Positions 13,553-25,935 are shown, counted from the first letter of the stretch. The stretch is DNA of 64,000 bases from Marsupella aquatica (GCA_973895155.1 OZ316893.1:17552770-17616769); one strand, 5' to 3'. Notes: a model not told the origin generated them from the sequence alone. Made by a program: numbers and translations.

Positions 13553-14949
13553 AGCAAACTACAATCAGCTTTCAATCAATGGTTGATTGAAAGGAGTCGA
13601 GACGTGAATGAGCACAGGTTTAAGTACTCTGTCCAGGACAGTCAGTTTAGGCACTGCTTTCATAGATGCTCTTTGTTTCAGTTGAACTCCATGTAGGTAG
13701 ATTGATTCAGGAAATTGAGATATGACATTTGACATACCGGTAACAGTACGTACATTAATTGGAGGAAAGAAATCAGATATGACTTATAGCAAGGAAATGT
13801 AGTACAGTTTGTTGGTTCTAGTCAACATGCATACAGTTTACTGAGTAGGTAGTGTTAGCGCGCCCCCAGGAGCAGCCCAGGACCAGTTATAAGTCATATC
13901 TGATTTCTTTCCTCCAATTATATTGTATTAGGTAGTGTTAGCGCGCCCCCAGGAGCAGCCCAGGACTCCTGGATTCAGAAGGATTATTTTGAATTTAATC
14001 TAATACATAGCATCAGGGGGCCACTAGACTCGACTGCACTTGTGGCATGTTTTAGCTTCTTAATTGCCAATTGTTGTGGCTCAGCTACCAAGCTCTCAAA
14101 TCCATCCTATAGGCACATGATGGAGGCCAGGGTATCATTTGGTTGTTGCCTATTTCACCATTATTATCATCATAGGCCATGTATAGGCATGTTGACTTGT
14201 TTAAAGAAAACTCCACAAAGCATGTGCTCTTGAAGACTGCTTTTCAAGCATAGTACATCTCATTCCAGATATCAATATATGTTGGCAAGTACCACCTTGT
14301 AACTTTTGCATCCTTTAGTTTCCAATCCAGGGCTGAAATTCTTGCCCGGATTCATGGAAGCTATCTTGTTCTCTTATGCTTCAGTCATTGATTCTTTCAG
14401 TCCAACAACCAGAGCAGTCAATGTTTGTGCTCCTTTAATTGAATGAAAAGTTGTAAAGTTGTAAGTCTTTCATCTCCTACAACACATGTAGTATTATGTT
14501 TATATTTATGTATTTTTGCACTTGCCCAGGTTTAGGATTTCATGACCACATTCCATCCATGTCTTACAATTTGAATGGGCTGCTTGGATTTAACACTTGT
14601 GAGATTATATTGTTGCATTGAGATTTTTGTTAGAAATCCACGTACCAAGGCAAAGAATAATTGAGTAAGCAAATTAATATACATACAGTTTCAGAGGTCT
14701 ACAGAGTACTTTGTTGGAGAACAGACCTTGATCAAGTCTATATTGTCTCGTGCCTCTCAACGATTGTGTAAACGTTGTTTTGACATTCAGAAGTGGGATG
14801 GCCCCATATATAAAGTCTGTAGTTCAGGTGCAGAAGAGATCCACATAATCCGAGGTCTCCAAATAGTGAGTCCTGAATCGAGAGCCTCTTGGGGGATCAT
14901 TGTGCAGGGAAATCTCTTATAATGTCCACATTGATGTATTACTACGCAT

Positions 14950-15138
14950 TGTTAGAATACACTTAACCCTAACTCATAGAGTGATACAAAGGGGTATATA
15001 GGGACTAGATATAGAGAGTCATGAGACTAGGAGAAGGTAGTTATAACCATCCAATGTGTAACACCTTATAAGCCACATTGGCTCATGAAAAGATTATCCT
15101 TGTGTTGTTGGTGTATGAACTATAGCCATCGTCTAACA
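14950..15138 (+). repeat. 5' LTR (189 bp)
   Basis: Identical to the 3' LTR except for one 25-bp indel. Confidence 0.96.
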
Positions 15139-15151
15139 CGTTATCAGCACG
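15139..15151 (+). promoter_or_regulatory. Primer-binding site, Bianca type (internal tRNA-Met half)
   Basis: CGTTATCAGCACG directly after the 5' LTR, without the usual TGG start. Confidence 0.8.
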
Positions 15152-15312
15152 TTTTATGCCCTTCAACCTCCTCGAGCTTATTATTATTATTTTTTCCTCC
15201 TTCTCCCTTCGATAACTTCCAATTGTCATCGACAATTCTTCATCGCCCGCACCCTGATTTACATAGATCAAGACCAATCCCCCAGGGCTACTAGACTTTA
15301 ATTAACCCGACG

Positions 15313-16757
15313 ATGACAACCTTGGAGAAGCTCCAATTCCCGTCACTCGTAATAGACGGCGAGAATTACTTATCTTGGGCACAGAATGCCGAAATCGTTC
15401 TCAACATGAAAGGCCTTGGCGATATTTTATTGGGGGACAATTACGGAACATTACAGGAGAAGGCCCAGGCCCTGTACATTATCCGCCATCACCTAGATGC
15501 TGATTTACAACTTGAATACCTCACAGAGTATAACCCGAGAACCCTCTGGGATGCTCTAAAATTGAGGTTCGATCACCTCCGCCTAATCTCCCTCCCAGCC
15601 GCTCGCAACGAATGGATCCATCTAAGAGTCCTAGATTACCCGACTATCGCAAAATATAATAGCGCCCTCTTCCGTATAACTGCTCAACTCGCAACATGTG
15701 GAGAACCCATCAACGAGGCAGCCAAGATCGAAAAAACACTCTCCACATTCTCTGCAATGAATATGCAATTATCACAGATTTACCGACAACGCCACTTCAC
15801 CCAATTCTCTGATCTAATTGTAGTTATGCTCCTGGCTGAGAAGAACGATCTCCTTCTCCTTAAGAACTCCCGAGAAAGACCACCAGGTACGCTACCAAGG
15901 ACTGAAACCCAATTCACGAGTACCAACAGAGGTAATCCCTCTTACAAAGGCAAAAATGGCCCTCTTAGAAGAAATACGGGCCGCTTCAAAAGATTTAATT
16001 GGAGACGCCAAGCACGCATGGACAACGGCACCACACAGCCAACCACGAATCCTTGGCAACGCAAGCCAAATTATACTCAAAACATACCTGCACACATCAC
16101 ACCCACAAAGAATCAGGCTAAGTGTTTCCGTTGTGGCGGACCTGGTCATATCAGAAAGAACTGTAAAGCCCAATCCCACCTGGTCAAACTATACCAGGCC
16201 TCTCTGCAAACCACGAACACGGCCATAGCTGCAAACCACCTTGAGATTGATGAAGACCTCTCACAATACACACTTGCAATGCCCCCACCAGAGATACACA
16301 TGGTATTACAGGGAAAGAACCCCAACTCACCCTCCGACATCGATACCTGCATCCTCGACAGTGGCACCTCCCACATAATATTAAAAGATAAACAATACTT
16401 TCAGTACATATCCCCATCCAATAGACCTGTGACCACCATTACAGGTATAAACCAATTAGAGGAAGGACACGGACCCGCTGAACTCACCCTCCCGAATGGC
16501 ACAATTATTCAAATCCAATCTGCCATCTATGCCCCATCCGCAACTAGAAATCTACTCAGCTTCCACGATATTCGCCAAAACAACCTCCACATTCGTTCTG
16601 CACCTGACCACCAAGTAGACGCTTTGCAGATCTTTCAGGAAACTGATACTGGCCCAATCATACTAGAGACCTCACCACTTCTTCCCCCTGGAGTATACGC
16701 CACCAAAATCACAACTTATCATTCACAGGCCCAACCCTTATCACCCACACAACTATG
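15313..16757 (+). CDS. gag-pol: Copia Gag-protease part of the polyprotein, interrupted by an insertion just before the integrase zinc-binding motif
   Basis: NYLSWA, LWDALKLRFDH, zinc knuckle CFRCGGPGHIRKNC, protease ILDSGTSH; ...SPTQL|WHFRLGHPG is rejoined at 21362. Confidence 0.93.
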
Positions 16758-19700
16758 TGTGGTGCGTCCCATGGCTCCCTAAACCCAAGAAACCCCCCAG
16801 CTCAAGCCGATTCCCGCAGGTTTCGTGCTTGGCGAGGCCGTTTCCGCGGCTTAGCGGCATGGGACGCTGCTAACCTTCTACTACTACTATTAATATTTTA
16901 CACACATATACTGGACAGATCCTTCATCGGGTCATGAGATACGTAGCCGGCCTAATATAGGCCTTCCCCTGTCTTCCCCTCCGTCTTGTTAGGTATGTTT
17001 GGATTCCGCCGCCGGAATGATCCCCAATAGGCTTGGTTAAGCCGCTAAGACCTCTCTCAGCTCGACACATCCAACTCTCACTCCCCTACTTACTTTCCTT
17101 CCTTCTGTTGATGTGGGCACTCTTCACACAAGTTAATGCGACACACAAATAGCAAAATGACTCATTCTGACTGAGTCATACCATGCACTTGCCATACAAA
17201 CAGTACATCTCATACACAAGTTCTGCGAACTAAGCCGTGAGGCCAACTCTATTCAGCTCTTAGGCATGAGGAAACATGAATATACACAAGGGTCACTGTA
17301 TGACTAACCGAGAGCTTCTCGTACTACTTGATCCCAGCCCGGCTGGTGCAAACTAAAAACTTGCTAAAGAAGAGGCCCTGAGCTCCCCGCTGCCCGGTAC
17401 TTATCCTGGTAGTGGATCCGCCATTCTTTGCATCGTAAGCCTAATCTACTTAACAGTAATCTACTTGCCCAAATCTACCTATGTACAGCAAGGCAGGAGC
17501 ACAAGTGTTGCTCCTACCAGTGGGACCGCAATCCCACTAAGCTAAGTGTCAGGGCCGCTCCTGGTTCTGATCCTAATCCTAAACGTGGAGATCCGCGCCC
17601 GCCCTGCCCACTCACGCCTCCTCCCTCCACGTTCGCCCTCCCTAAAAGGAACGGCGCCCTTGCACCGTCATGACACCGGTGGTGGATCCTTAATGGACGC
17701 CCCCAACGCTTCCTCCTCAGCCACTGCCGTAGGTTCATTCTCTGACAGATTACCTGCCCTTGACTGAGTCAACTCTCCATCGGCCTGACTGGGTCCACCT
17801 TCGGCTTCAGCCTCGACACCGGCCTCGGCAATACCCACGGCTTCGGCCTCCCCTTCCCCTAGGGTAGTTGGATCCCTAGCCGTGACCCTGTCTGGGGTCG
17901 GTGCTGGGTCTACCTCCTTGATCACCACGGCCTGTGAAGTCGTATTACTCCTTGACCCTGAAGGTTTCCGCTTCTTCTTCGTTGGTGGCTCGGCAGCTGG
18001 TCCCTTCCCCTTCCCACTTACTTCCGGCACTGGTGCAGGTGGCGCGGCTTGTCCTTCGGCAATTACCACCCGTGGTAACTGGTTTGTCCCAACGGGAGAT
18101 GGACCTGCTGCAGCTAAGCATTTAAATACTGCGGCTTGTTTCTTCAGCCGCTCTGTTTGGTTGTCGGCCCACCGCTGTAGGTTCTCCATCTTCCTCGTAA
18201 TTTCCTCCAACTCCTCTTGGGTTTCATCCAGGTCCTTACGTGCCCCCTCCAGCTCGTTTTTGGCCTCCTCCTGCTCCCTGTGGGCTTCCTCCAATTCCTT
18301 CTTCAAGGTAGCCCTCTCCTCCTGGGTTGCTCTTAGCTCCTTGTCGAGCTCTGCAATGATGACAGACTCCATCTGGTTCATCTTGGCGTAAGTCTGTTCG
18401 AGCATCTCGTCCTTCTCCCTTAGGTCGGCCTTGAAGCTGACCGTCAGGGACGCAAGCTCCTGCTGCAGCGCCATAATCCCTTGATAGGATTTCCCTAACT
18501 CGACCTCCTTCTGCTCAAGGGCTCCGCGGATTTTCTTGAGCTCCCCTTTCAACGCCCATTCCTTTCTTTGGGTCTCCGCCATGGCCCGGCTGTTGGCTGT
18601 TATGTGGGCCTCCTCTGTATTCTTCAGCTCTTGCTTCCACTTCTCCCTCTCTTTGATCGTGTCGGCCAACTCTTCCTGCGTCTGAGTCAGTTTATCCTTG
18701 ATATTCTGATTATCAGCCTGCGCGGTGTCCAACTGCCCCTGCATGATGTTCAGCTCATGTTGTTTAATCCGCAGTTCATCTTGGGCTTTCTTGGCCGCCC
18801 TTAGATCTTCAATCTCGGCTTCCATCCTCCTAAGCCGCCGAATGACCTCGTCCTTCTTGCTTCTCTCTAAAGCCACCGCTTCTTCTAATTGGTGCTTCTC
18901 CAACTGCTCCCTATGGAAAAAGGGTCCTACCTCCAACTCCTCTCCAAAGATGCCGAGCGCAAGTTCCCCACACATCTCACCATACTCCATGGCTCTATTC
19001 TTAGCGTAGGTGGAGTAAGTAGAAGTGATCGGCATCGCCCATCGTGGCCTCTGCTCCCAAGCCGTCCTGCGGATCTCTTCAATCGTGGCTAGAGGTTTGC
19101 TTCCTTTTTCGGCTAGCCGCCTGATGTCCTCCGGCCAATCTCCTCCTGGTAAATCCTTTTCCTTAGCCAGGGCGGCCTCCTCCTCCTGCTTGATTCGCTC
19201 CTGAAATTCCTGCACCGTCTGTTTTATGCCGTCGAAGCTCGGGGGAGCAACATCTGGTGGGGGAGACTCAGGGCTACTCTGCTGGTTGGGGTCCCCTCGC
19301 ACTACCCTTGGAAGTGTGGGGACAAACCGGCCACAGGTCCTTACTCCTGGAACGTGATGGTCCGACCCATAGCCGGAATTATCATGGCTGCAGTCCTCCA
19401 CTGCCTCCTCTACCTCTTGGACGTCCGGCTTCTCCCTCTCCTCTTCGTCGGTAGGAGCTTCAGGCAATTCTGCCTCAGATTCGGAGCTTGAGGTTCCCAC
19501 GTACATTCGAACACCTGGCTTGGATTCCGGCCTGATTCTCTCCTTGTCTCCAGCAAAGGGGTTTTCTCTTGTGAGCCGGTGTAGGCCTACCTCTGTAGTA
19601 GTGTCCTGCATTGTTGCCGTTGCCGTTGTTGTTGCCGATGCCGATTTCTTTTCTTTCTCCAGTAGTTTTAGCAGACTCTGCATGCCTGGTTGCTGCATCG

Positions 19701-21358
19701 GCAAGTCTTCCTTCCTGGGCCTAAACACCTGCTCGATCGTAGGACTAACAGGTGGTTGAGGCTTCTCAGCCAACGGCCTCGGCGTTGGAGCTTCCTCCGG
19801 TGCCCTTACCTGCAGGGGAAGTACCGGGGCAAAAGTCTGACTTCTGGCATACCGGCACAACAGCGGCATGTGATAGCCAAGCCGCGACACGCTCCCCATG
19901 CCGATTACCTGCTGCTCCTCCTTTAAGATCTTCTTCAATTGGTTGAGGAGGTACCCGTTGTAGTCCCGGCTTGGGTCTGGCCTTTCTGCCAGATAGACCT
20001 GTGCCTTGCCGATCTCTGCCCTCGGCAAGTTACAATGCATGGTCACCCGCAAGAAGTCGATCATCTCTCCTATGTGCGGGTTGGTGCAGGTGTTCCGGAA
20101 GAAGCCATTCTTCGTTGATGGCCCGGGGAACGACCGGAACTCCTTGTCAGGCAAGGTCTTCCTGGTATCAACTTTGGTCTTATTGCCTATCGGCAAGCCA
20201 AACACTTCGGCAATTACCTTGGGAGTAAGATAGAAATCCTTCCCATATATCCTCGTGCAATTGGTCTCGGGTTCCCATGACCCCACGAATTCTAATAGGT
20301 CTGACTCCGGTACCTCCGGCTTCAGCCATGGTAATCTTACAAAGGCCTCCAAGCCGGATCCGGCCATGAAGCCTTGGTACTTCTTGGTCTGCATGGCCGT
20401 AAAGCATGCATCCTCCTCCCGTGCAAAATGTAGTTGCACCTCCACCGGTAGGGTTGCCGCCCAGCCCTTCCAGGTGTCATCCCTGGTTGGAATGGCCTTG
20501 ATGGGATCGACCTCCTCCTCTTCGGCTTCTCCCTGCCTCCTGCTCTGCTGCTCGGCTGGCCTCTTTGGTGCCGCCGACCTCGTTCTTTTTGCCGGGGTGG
20601 CTTCATCGTTGACGGCCCCCTTCCTCTTCATCTCTGCTGCCGTGGAGGTTTCTCCTAGCACCGTTGCCTGGGTCCACCTTTCCGTGCTACCCTTTAATTC
20701 CCAGTGTATGTCGTTGCAGTTCTTGATGGCCTCTCGGATGCCGACGACGCTGTCTTTGCAAAACAGAAGATCGTCGAGTTGATTGGAAGTAGGCGTCCAT
20801 AGGAACTCGTCCTTGATGAGTTCGCCTCCTAAGAAAGCCGTCTTCTGCAGCTCCCACAATCGAGCGAGCTCCTGCCGTTCTCGAGCTGCCCTTTCTGACT
20901 CCTCGTCCTCGTAAGTCTTGATGTACTCAGTTGCCCGTTCGAACAGGCATCCCCAGAAATGTGCCGCTTGATTGACGTTGCTCATACCCTCCTTAGGTCG
21001 ATCGTCGGTATCTATTCTCTCCCCGAGTGCTTGCCTAAGCAGCTGACAATAGTTGGCCTCCCGTAGTCGTCTGCCTAGTTCGTGCTCGCAAATGAGCCAC
21101 CATCTCCTGCAAGCGCTCCTTACCCCTCTCCTCTGCCGGTCCTTCTTCCCGTTGATCCTTCCTAGCCGCCGACGCTTAACGCGCCCTAACCCTAATCGGG
21201 TTTTCACCCTCAGCCTTACCTCCGGCCTCTGCCCGGGTTCCATGGTTGCCCCTAATTGTTTATATTTTCCTTGTTTTGTCCCTATACTAAGGTGTTCCTA
21301 GGGTGCCTTCCTGCTTTACCCACTTAACTGGCCGAGTGATTCCTGTCTAGGCATCACA
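16758..21358 (-). mobile_element. Family A TG...CA single-ORF element, copy 2 (4601 bp), ORF intact
   Basis: TGTGGTGC...GCATCACA; 5-bp TSD CTATG at 16753-16757 and 21359-21363, splitting copia codons CTA-TGG (L-W). Confidence 0.95.
17668..21243 (-). CDS. 1191-aa Family A protein: PMD/Athila-ORF(Transposase_32)-like domain, acidic linker, ~290-aa coiled coil, NLS-like KKKRK
   Basis: Uninterrupted ORF with LPW..EFV..TR..LT..IAEVFGLP motif; no gag, protease, RT, RNase H, integrase or DDE motifs. Confidence 0.85.
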   Translation of the reverse strand: MEPGQRPEVRLRVKTRLGLGRVKRRRLGRINGKKDRQRRGVRSACRRWWLICEHELGRRLREANYCQLLRQALGERIDTDDRPKEGMSNVNQAAHFWGCLFERATEYIKTYEDEESERAARERQELARLWELQKTAFLGGELIKDEFLWTPTSNQLDDLLFCKDSVVGIREAIKNCNDIHWELKGSTERWTQATVLGETSTAAEMKRKGAVNDEATPAKRTRSAAPKRPAEQQSRRQGEAEEEEVDPIKAIPTRDDTWKGWAATLPVEVQLHFAREEDACFTAMQTKKYQGFMAGSGLEAFVRLPWLKPEVPESDLLEFVGSWEPETNCTRIYGKDFYLTPKVIAEVFGLPIGNKTKVDTRKTLPDKEFRSFPGPSTKNGFFRNTCTNPHIGEMIDFLRVTMHCNLPRAEIGKAQVYLAERPDPSRDYNGYLLNQLKKILKEEQQVIGMGSVSRLGYHMPLLCRYARSQTFAPVLPLQVRAPEEAPTPRPLAEKPQPPVSPTIEQVFRPRKEDLPMQQPGMQSLLKLLEKEKKSASATTTATATMQDTTTEVGLHRLTRENPFAGDKERIRPESKPGVRMYVGTSSSESEAELPEAPTDEEEREKPDVQEVEEAVEDCSHDNSGYGSDHHVPGVRTCGRFVPTLPRVVRGDPNQQSSPESPPPDVAPPSFDGIKQTVQEFQERIKQEEEAALAKEKDLPGGDWPEDIRRLAEKGSKPLATIEEIRRTAWEQRPRWAMPITSTYSTYAKNRAMEYGEMCGELALGIFGEELEVGPFFHREQLEKHQLEEAVALERSKKDEVIRRLRRMEAEIEDLRAAKKAQDELRIKQHELNIMQGQLDTAQADNQNIKDKLTQTQEELADTIKEREKWKQELKNTEEAHITANSRAMAETQRKEWALKGELKKIRGALEQKEVELGKSYQGIMALQQELASLTVSFKADLREKDEMLEQTYAKMNQMESVIIAELDKELRATQEERATLKKELEEAHREQEEAKNELEGARKDLDETQEELEEITRKMENLQRWADNQTERLKKQAAVFKCLAAAGPSPVGTNQLPRVVIAEGQAAPPAPVPEVSGKGKGPAAEPPTKKKRKPSGSRSNTTSQAVVIKEVDPAPTPDRVTARDPTTLGEGEAEAVGIAEAGVEAEAEGGPSQADGELTQSRAGNLSENEPTAVAEEEALGASIKDPPPVS

Positions 21359-21361
21359 CTA

Positions 21362-24300
21362 TGGCACTTCCGCCTTGGCCACCCTGGCCCAGGAATGTAC
21401 CACAAAATCCTCAAGAACACCACGGGCATTCCCCAAGGAGTCCATCCATCATCTAAACATGAGACATGCATCCCATGTGCACAAGGCAAATTGATTACAA
21501 TGCCTGCCATCACTAAAAACACCTACCACATACCTGATTTCCTCTCACAGCTAAACGTGGACGTCTGCGGCCCAATAGACCCACCAAGTGGACCATTTTG
21601 GTTCTTTCTAGTGATGATATGCTCATCCACGAAATGGTCCTCGGTCTCACTAATCTCCACCCGAAATCTGGTATTTGCTCGCCTACTAACTCAGATTATA
21701 CGCCTAAGAACTCAATTCCCCGACTCAGCTATCAAGACAATAAGAATCGACAATGCTGGTGAATTCACATCACCTGCCTTCGACGATTTCTGCCAAGCCC
21801 TAGGTATCACCATTCAATACTCGGTACCATATGTACATTTCCAAAATGGCGCTGCAAAAGCAATGATCAAACGTATACAACTTATCTCAAGACCTATATT
21901 ATTACAGACACAATTGCCACTTACAGCTTGGGGACATGCTGTACTCCACGGTGCCGCATTATTAAGGTACAGACCATCGGCATTCAACACTTACACACCA
22001 CATCAGCTAGCATATGGATCTACACCAGACATTACACACCTGAAAATGTTTGGCTGCCTTGTTCTCGTCCCAATTCTAGGCCCTAAACACACTAAAATGG
22101 GACCACAGCGGCAACGCGGCATCTATGTGGGATTCGACTCTCCTTCAATCGTCAGGTACCTCGAACCAACTACAGCTGATGTGTTCCGAGCTAGATACCA
22201 GGATTGTAAATTTTGTGAGGATATTTTTCCCCCACTCCTTACCCCTGCACAACTCTACAAACAAAACACTCTAACCCCCACGTTAGAATGGACAACTAAG
22301 GACCCATTCTGGAATGACCCCCGTACACAACTCACAAACGACGAAGTAAAGCGCATCCTGAATCTTCACCGAATCATGGAAAAAATACCAGACGCCTTTA
22401 ATGACGCTGCTGCTGCCACGAAATCCCATATAGAAGCAGCTAACGTCCCTGCCAGAATTTCCATGCCCGATACCCGAGCCACAGACCATGCCCCCAAGGC
22501 AAAGAGAGGCAGACCCCCTGGATCCAAAGACTCCAGATCACGACAAAAGAAACCTGTATCAACACAGCTCTACTTACGTTCACCAGGAACTACACTGGTC
22601 GATAACGAAGAAATATCAATACATTACATGCACACCGGGCACTTATGGCCTAGAGATACAACTGACCCTGACGAACATTTTGCCTTTCTTATCTCCCAAG
22701 ATATATCCAGTGACTTACCAGATCCCCGGAATATTAAAGAAGCCCAACAACGCCCCGATTGGCCTAAATGGGACTCTGCCATTAACTCCGAGCTCGACTC
22801 ACTCATAAGCCGCCAAGTATTTGGACAGATTCGAACTGTACCTGCTGAACAACACCTCACAAGATACAGAATTACACTAGTACGTAAACGAAATGCAGCA
22901 GGCGAAGTAGTCCGCTATAAAGCCCGACTTGTTGCTAGAGGCTATACACAAATCTATGGAAAAGACTATGACTTGACTCATTCCCCGGTTATGGACTCTA
23001 TCACTTACAGATTTTTGATTGCCTTCGCTCTTACACATAAACTCCTAATGCACCTTATGGACGTTGTTACCGCTTACCTTTATGGCATACTCGACACCGA
23101 TATCCATATGAAAGCTCCACCCGAGCTAATTCAAAGAGTAACCTTCCACATTAAGGGGGAGCATCAAACTACTCTATCCCCGGACATACAGTCGGGTATT
23201 GATAAGATTGTTCCTACACAGGAACTTAAGGATTACCTTGTTCAATCAGGCCCACTAGTACCTGAACAAATAACCGAACACTTATCAGAGGATCAGAACG
23301 TACATGAAAAGCAAATTGCTCATGGTGGACATCAAACAAATTCCTCATTGAATTCCCTGATTTTACCCACAGAGGTAAACCTCGTCCATCAGAGGATACC
23401 TAAGCCTCAAAAACCAGCGAAAGCATTTGCTGTACAAGTTCTTCGATCCATTTACGGCTTAAAACAGAGTGGCCGTATTTGGTACAAGCGCTTCCGTGCT
23501 GAGATGATAGCACTTGGTTTCATGAATGAGGACATCGCTCCCTGCCTATTCATAAAACGAACCGGAACTGAACTCATTATCATAGCAATCTATGTAGATG
23601 ACATAAATCTTATGGGCACTAAGCTTCTTATGGAACAAACAATTACAACACTCAAAGGCATCTTCGCAATGAAGGATATTGGGACACCCCTCTTCTGCCT
23701 TGACATTCAATTCGAACACTTACCTAATGGCGTTCTGATTCACCAATCCACATATACTAGGAAGATGTTAAAACAATTTAATATGGACAACACCTATGGA
23801 ACTTCGCTCCTTAGATTCATCCAAAGATATGTACAAGCGCAGAACTGAACAAGAACCGATCTTGGGCCCAGAGAAACCTTACCTCTCAGCTATAGGCGCC
23901 TTGATGTACCTGGCAAACCAGACACGCCCGGATATCTCCTTCGCTGTCAACTTGTTGGCTCGCCACAGCTCTCAGCCAACGATAAGACATTGGAACGGTA
24001 TAAAGAGAATTTTGCGCTACCTTCAAGGTACGATCAACACTGGCCTCTACTTTCCTAAAGATATGCCTAATGAACTGATTGGTTTCGCTGACGCAGGTTA
24101 CCTCTCCGATCCCGATGATGCCAAGTCCCAGACGGGCTATGTCTTCCTGCAAGGATCCACGGCAATATCCTGGAAAAGTACTAAGCCGACACTGACAACA
24201 ACTTCCTCCAACCATGCGGAAATAATCGCCCTATACGAAGCCAGTCGCGAATGCTTATGGCTTCGCCAACTTATCAACCATATCCACGGATCCACCGGCC

Positions 24301-24569
24301 AAGAAGTCCTCACCAAACCAACAATCATCTACGAAGATAACAGACCCTGCATTGACCAAATTACTAAAGGATTTATCAAGGGAGATCGAATTAAGCACAT
24401 AGCACCTAAATTCTTCCATACACATGAACAGCACGGCGATCAGATTAACGTTCAATGGATACCTTCTAAAGACAATCGCGCTGATCTATTCACGAAGCCC
24501 TTACCTCGTGTCCTGCACGAAGCACATTCGACAGGAATCGGCCTACGCAAACTCTCAGATTTTCCCTAG
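21362..24569 (+). pseudogene. pol: Copia integrase-RT-RNase H with a frameshift near 23795
   Basis: WHFRLGHPG, CIPC, VDVCGP, IDNAGEF, YKARLVARG, YGLKQSGR, YVDD, ADAGY, SSNHAE, YEDN, ADLFTK. The integrase catalytic E appears as K (QNGAAKA). Confidence 0.93.
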
Positions 24570-24839
24570 TACCTAAATGCTCTTGACTACTCATTTCAGG
24601 CATTATTATTACGATCACTCTAAACCCATAATACCTGGTAGAATGGCACATTACTACTTAGCATATACTCAGTCCCCTCAACTTAACGAACTTATTACAT
24701 GTAAGACAGTGATACTCTTTTTACCCCAAAGAAGAAAGCAGGGGGTTTTTAATGAGATCATGTCGTTTATAAGTTCTAATATACCCTGATTTAGGATTAA
24801 CTCTATTCTATAGAATGGTTACTTTCTATTGAAGTAACC

Positions 24840-24848
24840 AAGGGGGAG
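24840..24848 (+). promoter_or_regulatory. Polypurine tract
   Basis: AAGGGGGAG directly before the 3' LTR. Confidence 0.9.
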
Positions 24849-25012
24849 TGTTAGAATACACTTAACCCTAACTCATAGAGTGATACAAAGGGGTATATAG
24901 GGACTAGATATAGAGAGTCATGAGACTAGGAGAAGGTAGTTATAAGCCACATTGGCTCATGAAAAGATTATCCTTGTGTTGTTGGTGTATGAACTATAGC
25001 CATCGTCTAACA
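24849..25012 (+). repeat. 3' LTR (164 bp)
   Basis: Lacks CCATCCAATGTGTAACACCTTATAA relative to the 5' LTR. Confidence 0.96.
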
Positions 25013-25935
25013 CGCATGACTCTCTCTTCCCTATTATCTTCATCAATATCAATTGTGGAAGCGAAACCTTTGATCAGCACATTGTCCCATGATCCAAATA
25101 AAATTATCTAAATTAAGTTACAATTTTTATTTGGTGGGAATTGAAGACAACAGATCCATGAAATTCTATTACATTCTACTATAGCATTTGACAACCATGG
25201 GCTCTCCTCTGTTCTTGATGGCGTGCCACCTCCATCTGTGCAAGTTTGAATACAACGGCCCTTCTCCACATTGTTGAGACTGAAGGTTACCACATGGCCT
25301 GGCCATCTCAATCGGGTGGTTGGGCAACAACATCAACAAAGCTCACCTGGCCTCGACTATTTCTATGGGCTTGACAACTGCGCTTGCTCTGGACTTTGTG
25401 CTCTAGTTCATGGTGGCCCATTGGTGAGAATGACATTAGCATCTCAACCAAATGATGGATCAATCAAGCATGCCGCACTGTTCACGTAATTGCCTACACA
25501 TACAAAGTTTCTACACTCGAGAGTAAATGCTGAGCTTCTTTGAAGTCCAGTGAGTCTGTGTTTCCATCTCGGTTTCCATCACAAAACTCCCAGTCAAACT
25601 CTTTCTTGTGCTTGCAAGGATCACCAAAAGTTATTGAAAATGCTCAGGATCTTTATATATATAAAAGTCATGTGCAAACTCCAAAAGAGATAGCAGAACT
25701 CCAAAACATCAAAGACGTACTCTCTGAAATCCTTCAAAACTGTAAAATTAGCCACTTTTGTTCTGCTAGATGGGATTTACAAATTTTTTGTCTGGCTACT
25801 TATAGTGCTGAAATGAAATGTCTACTCATGGATGAGAAATGACTTCAACGAATGTACTATGTCCCCTGATAAATCAGTAATAGCATCCTTCAATCTGCCT
25901 AATGATGAAGTAAATCTCCTATCCATATGCTTCTC

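Larger units (their letters stand above)
14950..25012 (+). mobile_element. Ty1/copia LTR retrotransposon, Bianca lineage, carrying a nested Family A element
   Basis: LTRs 14950-15138 and 24849-25012 (TG...CA); TSD CGCAT at 14945-14949 and 25013-25017; PBS CGTTATCAGCACG; PPT AAGGGGGAG; domain order gag-PR-IN-RT-RH. Confidence 0.96.
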
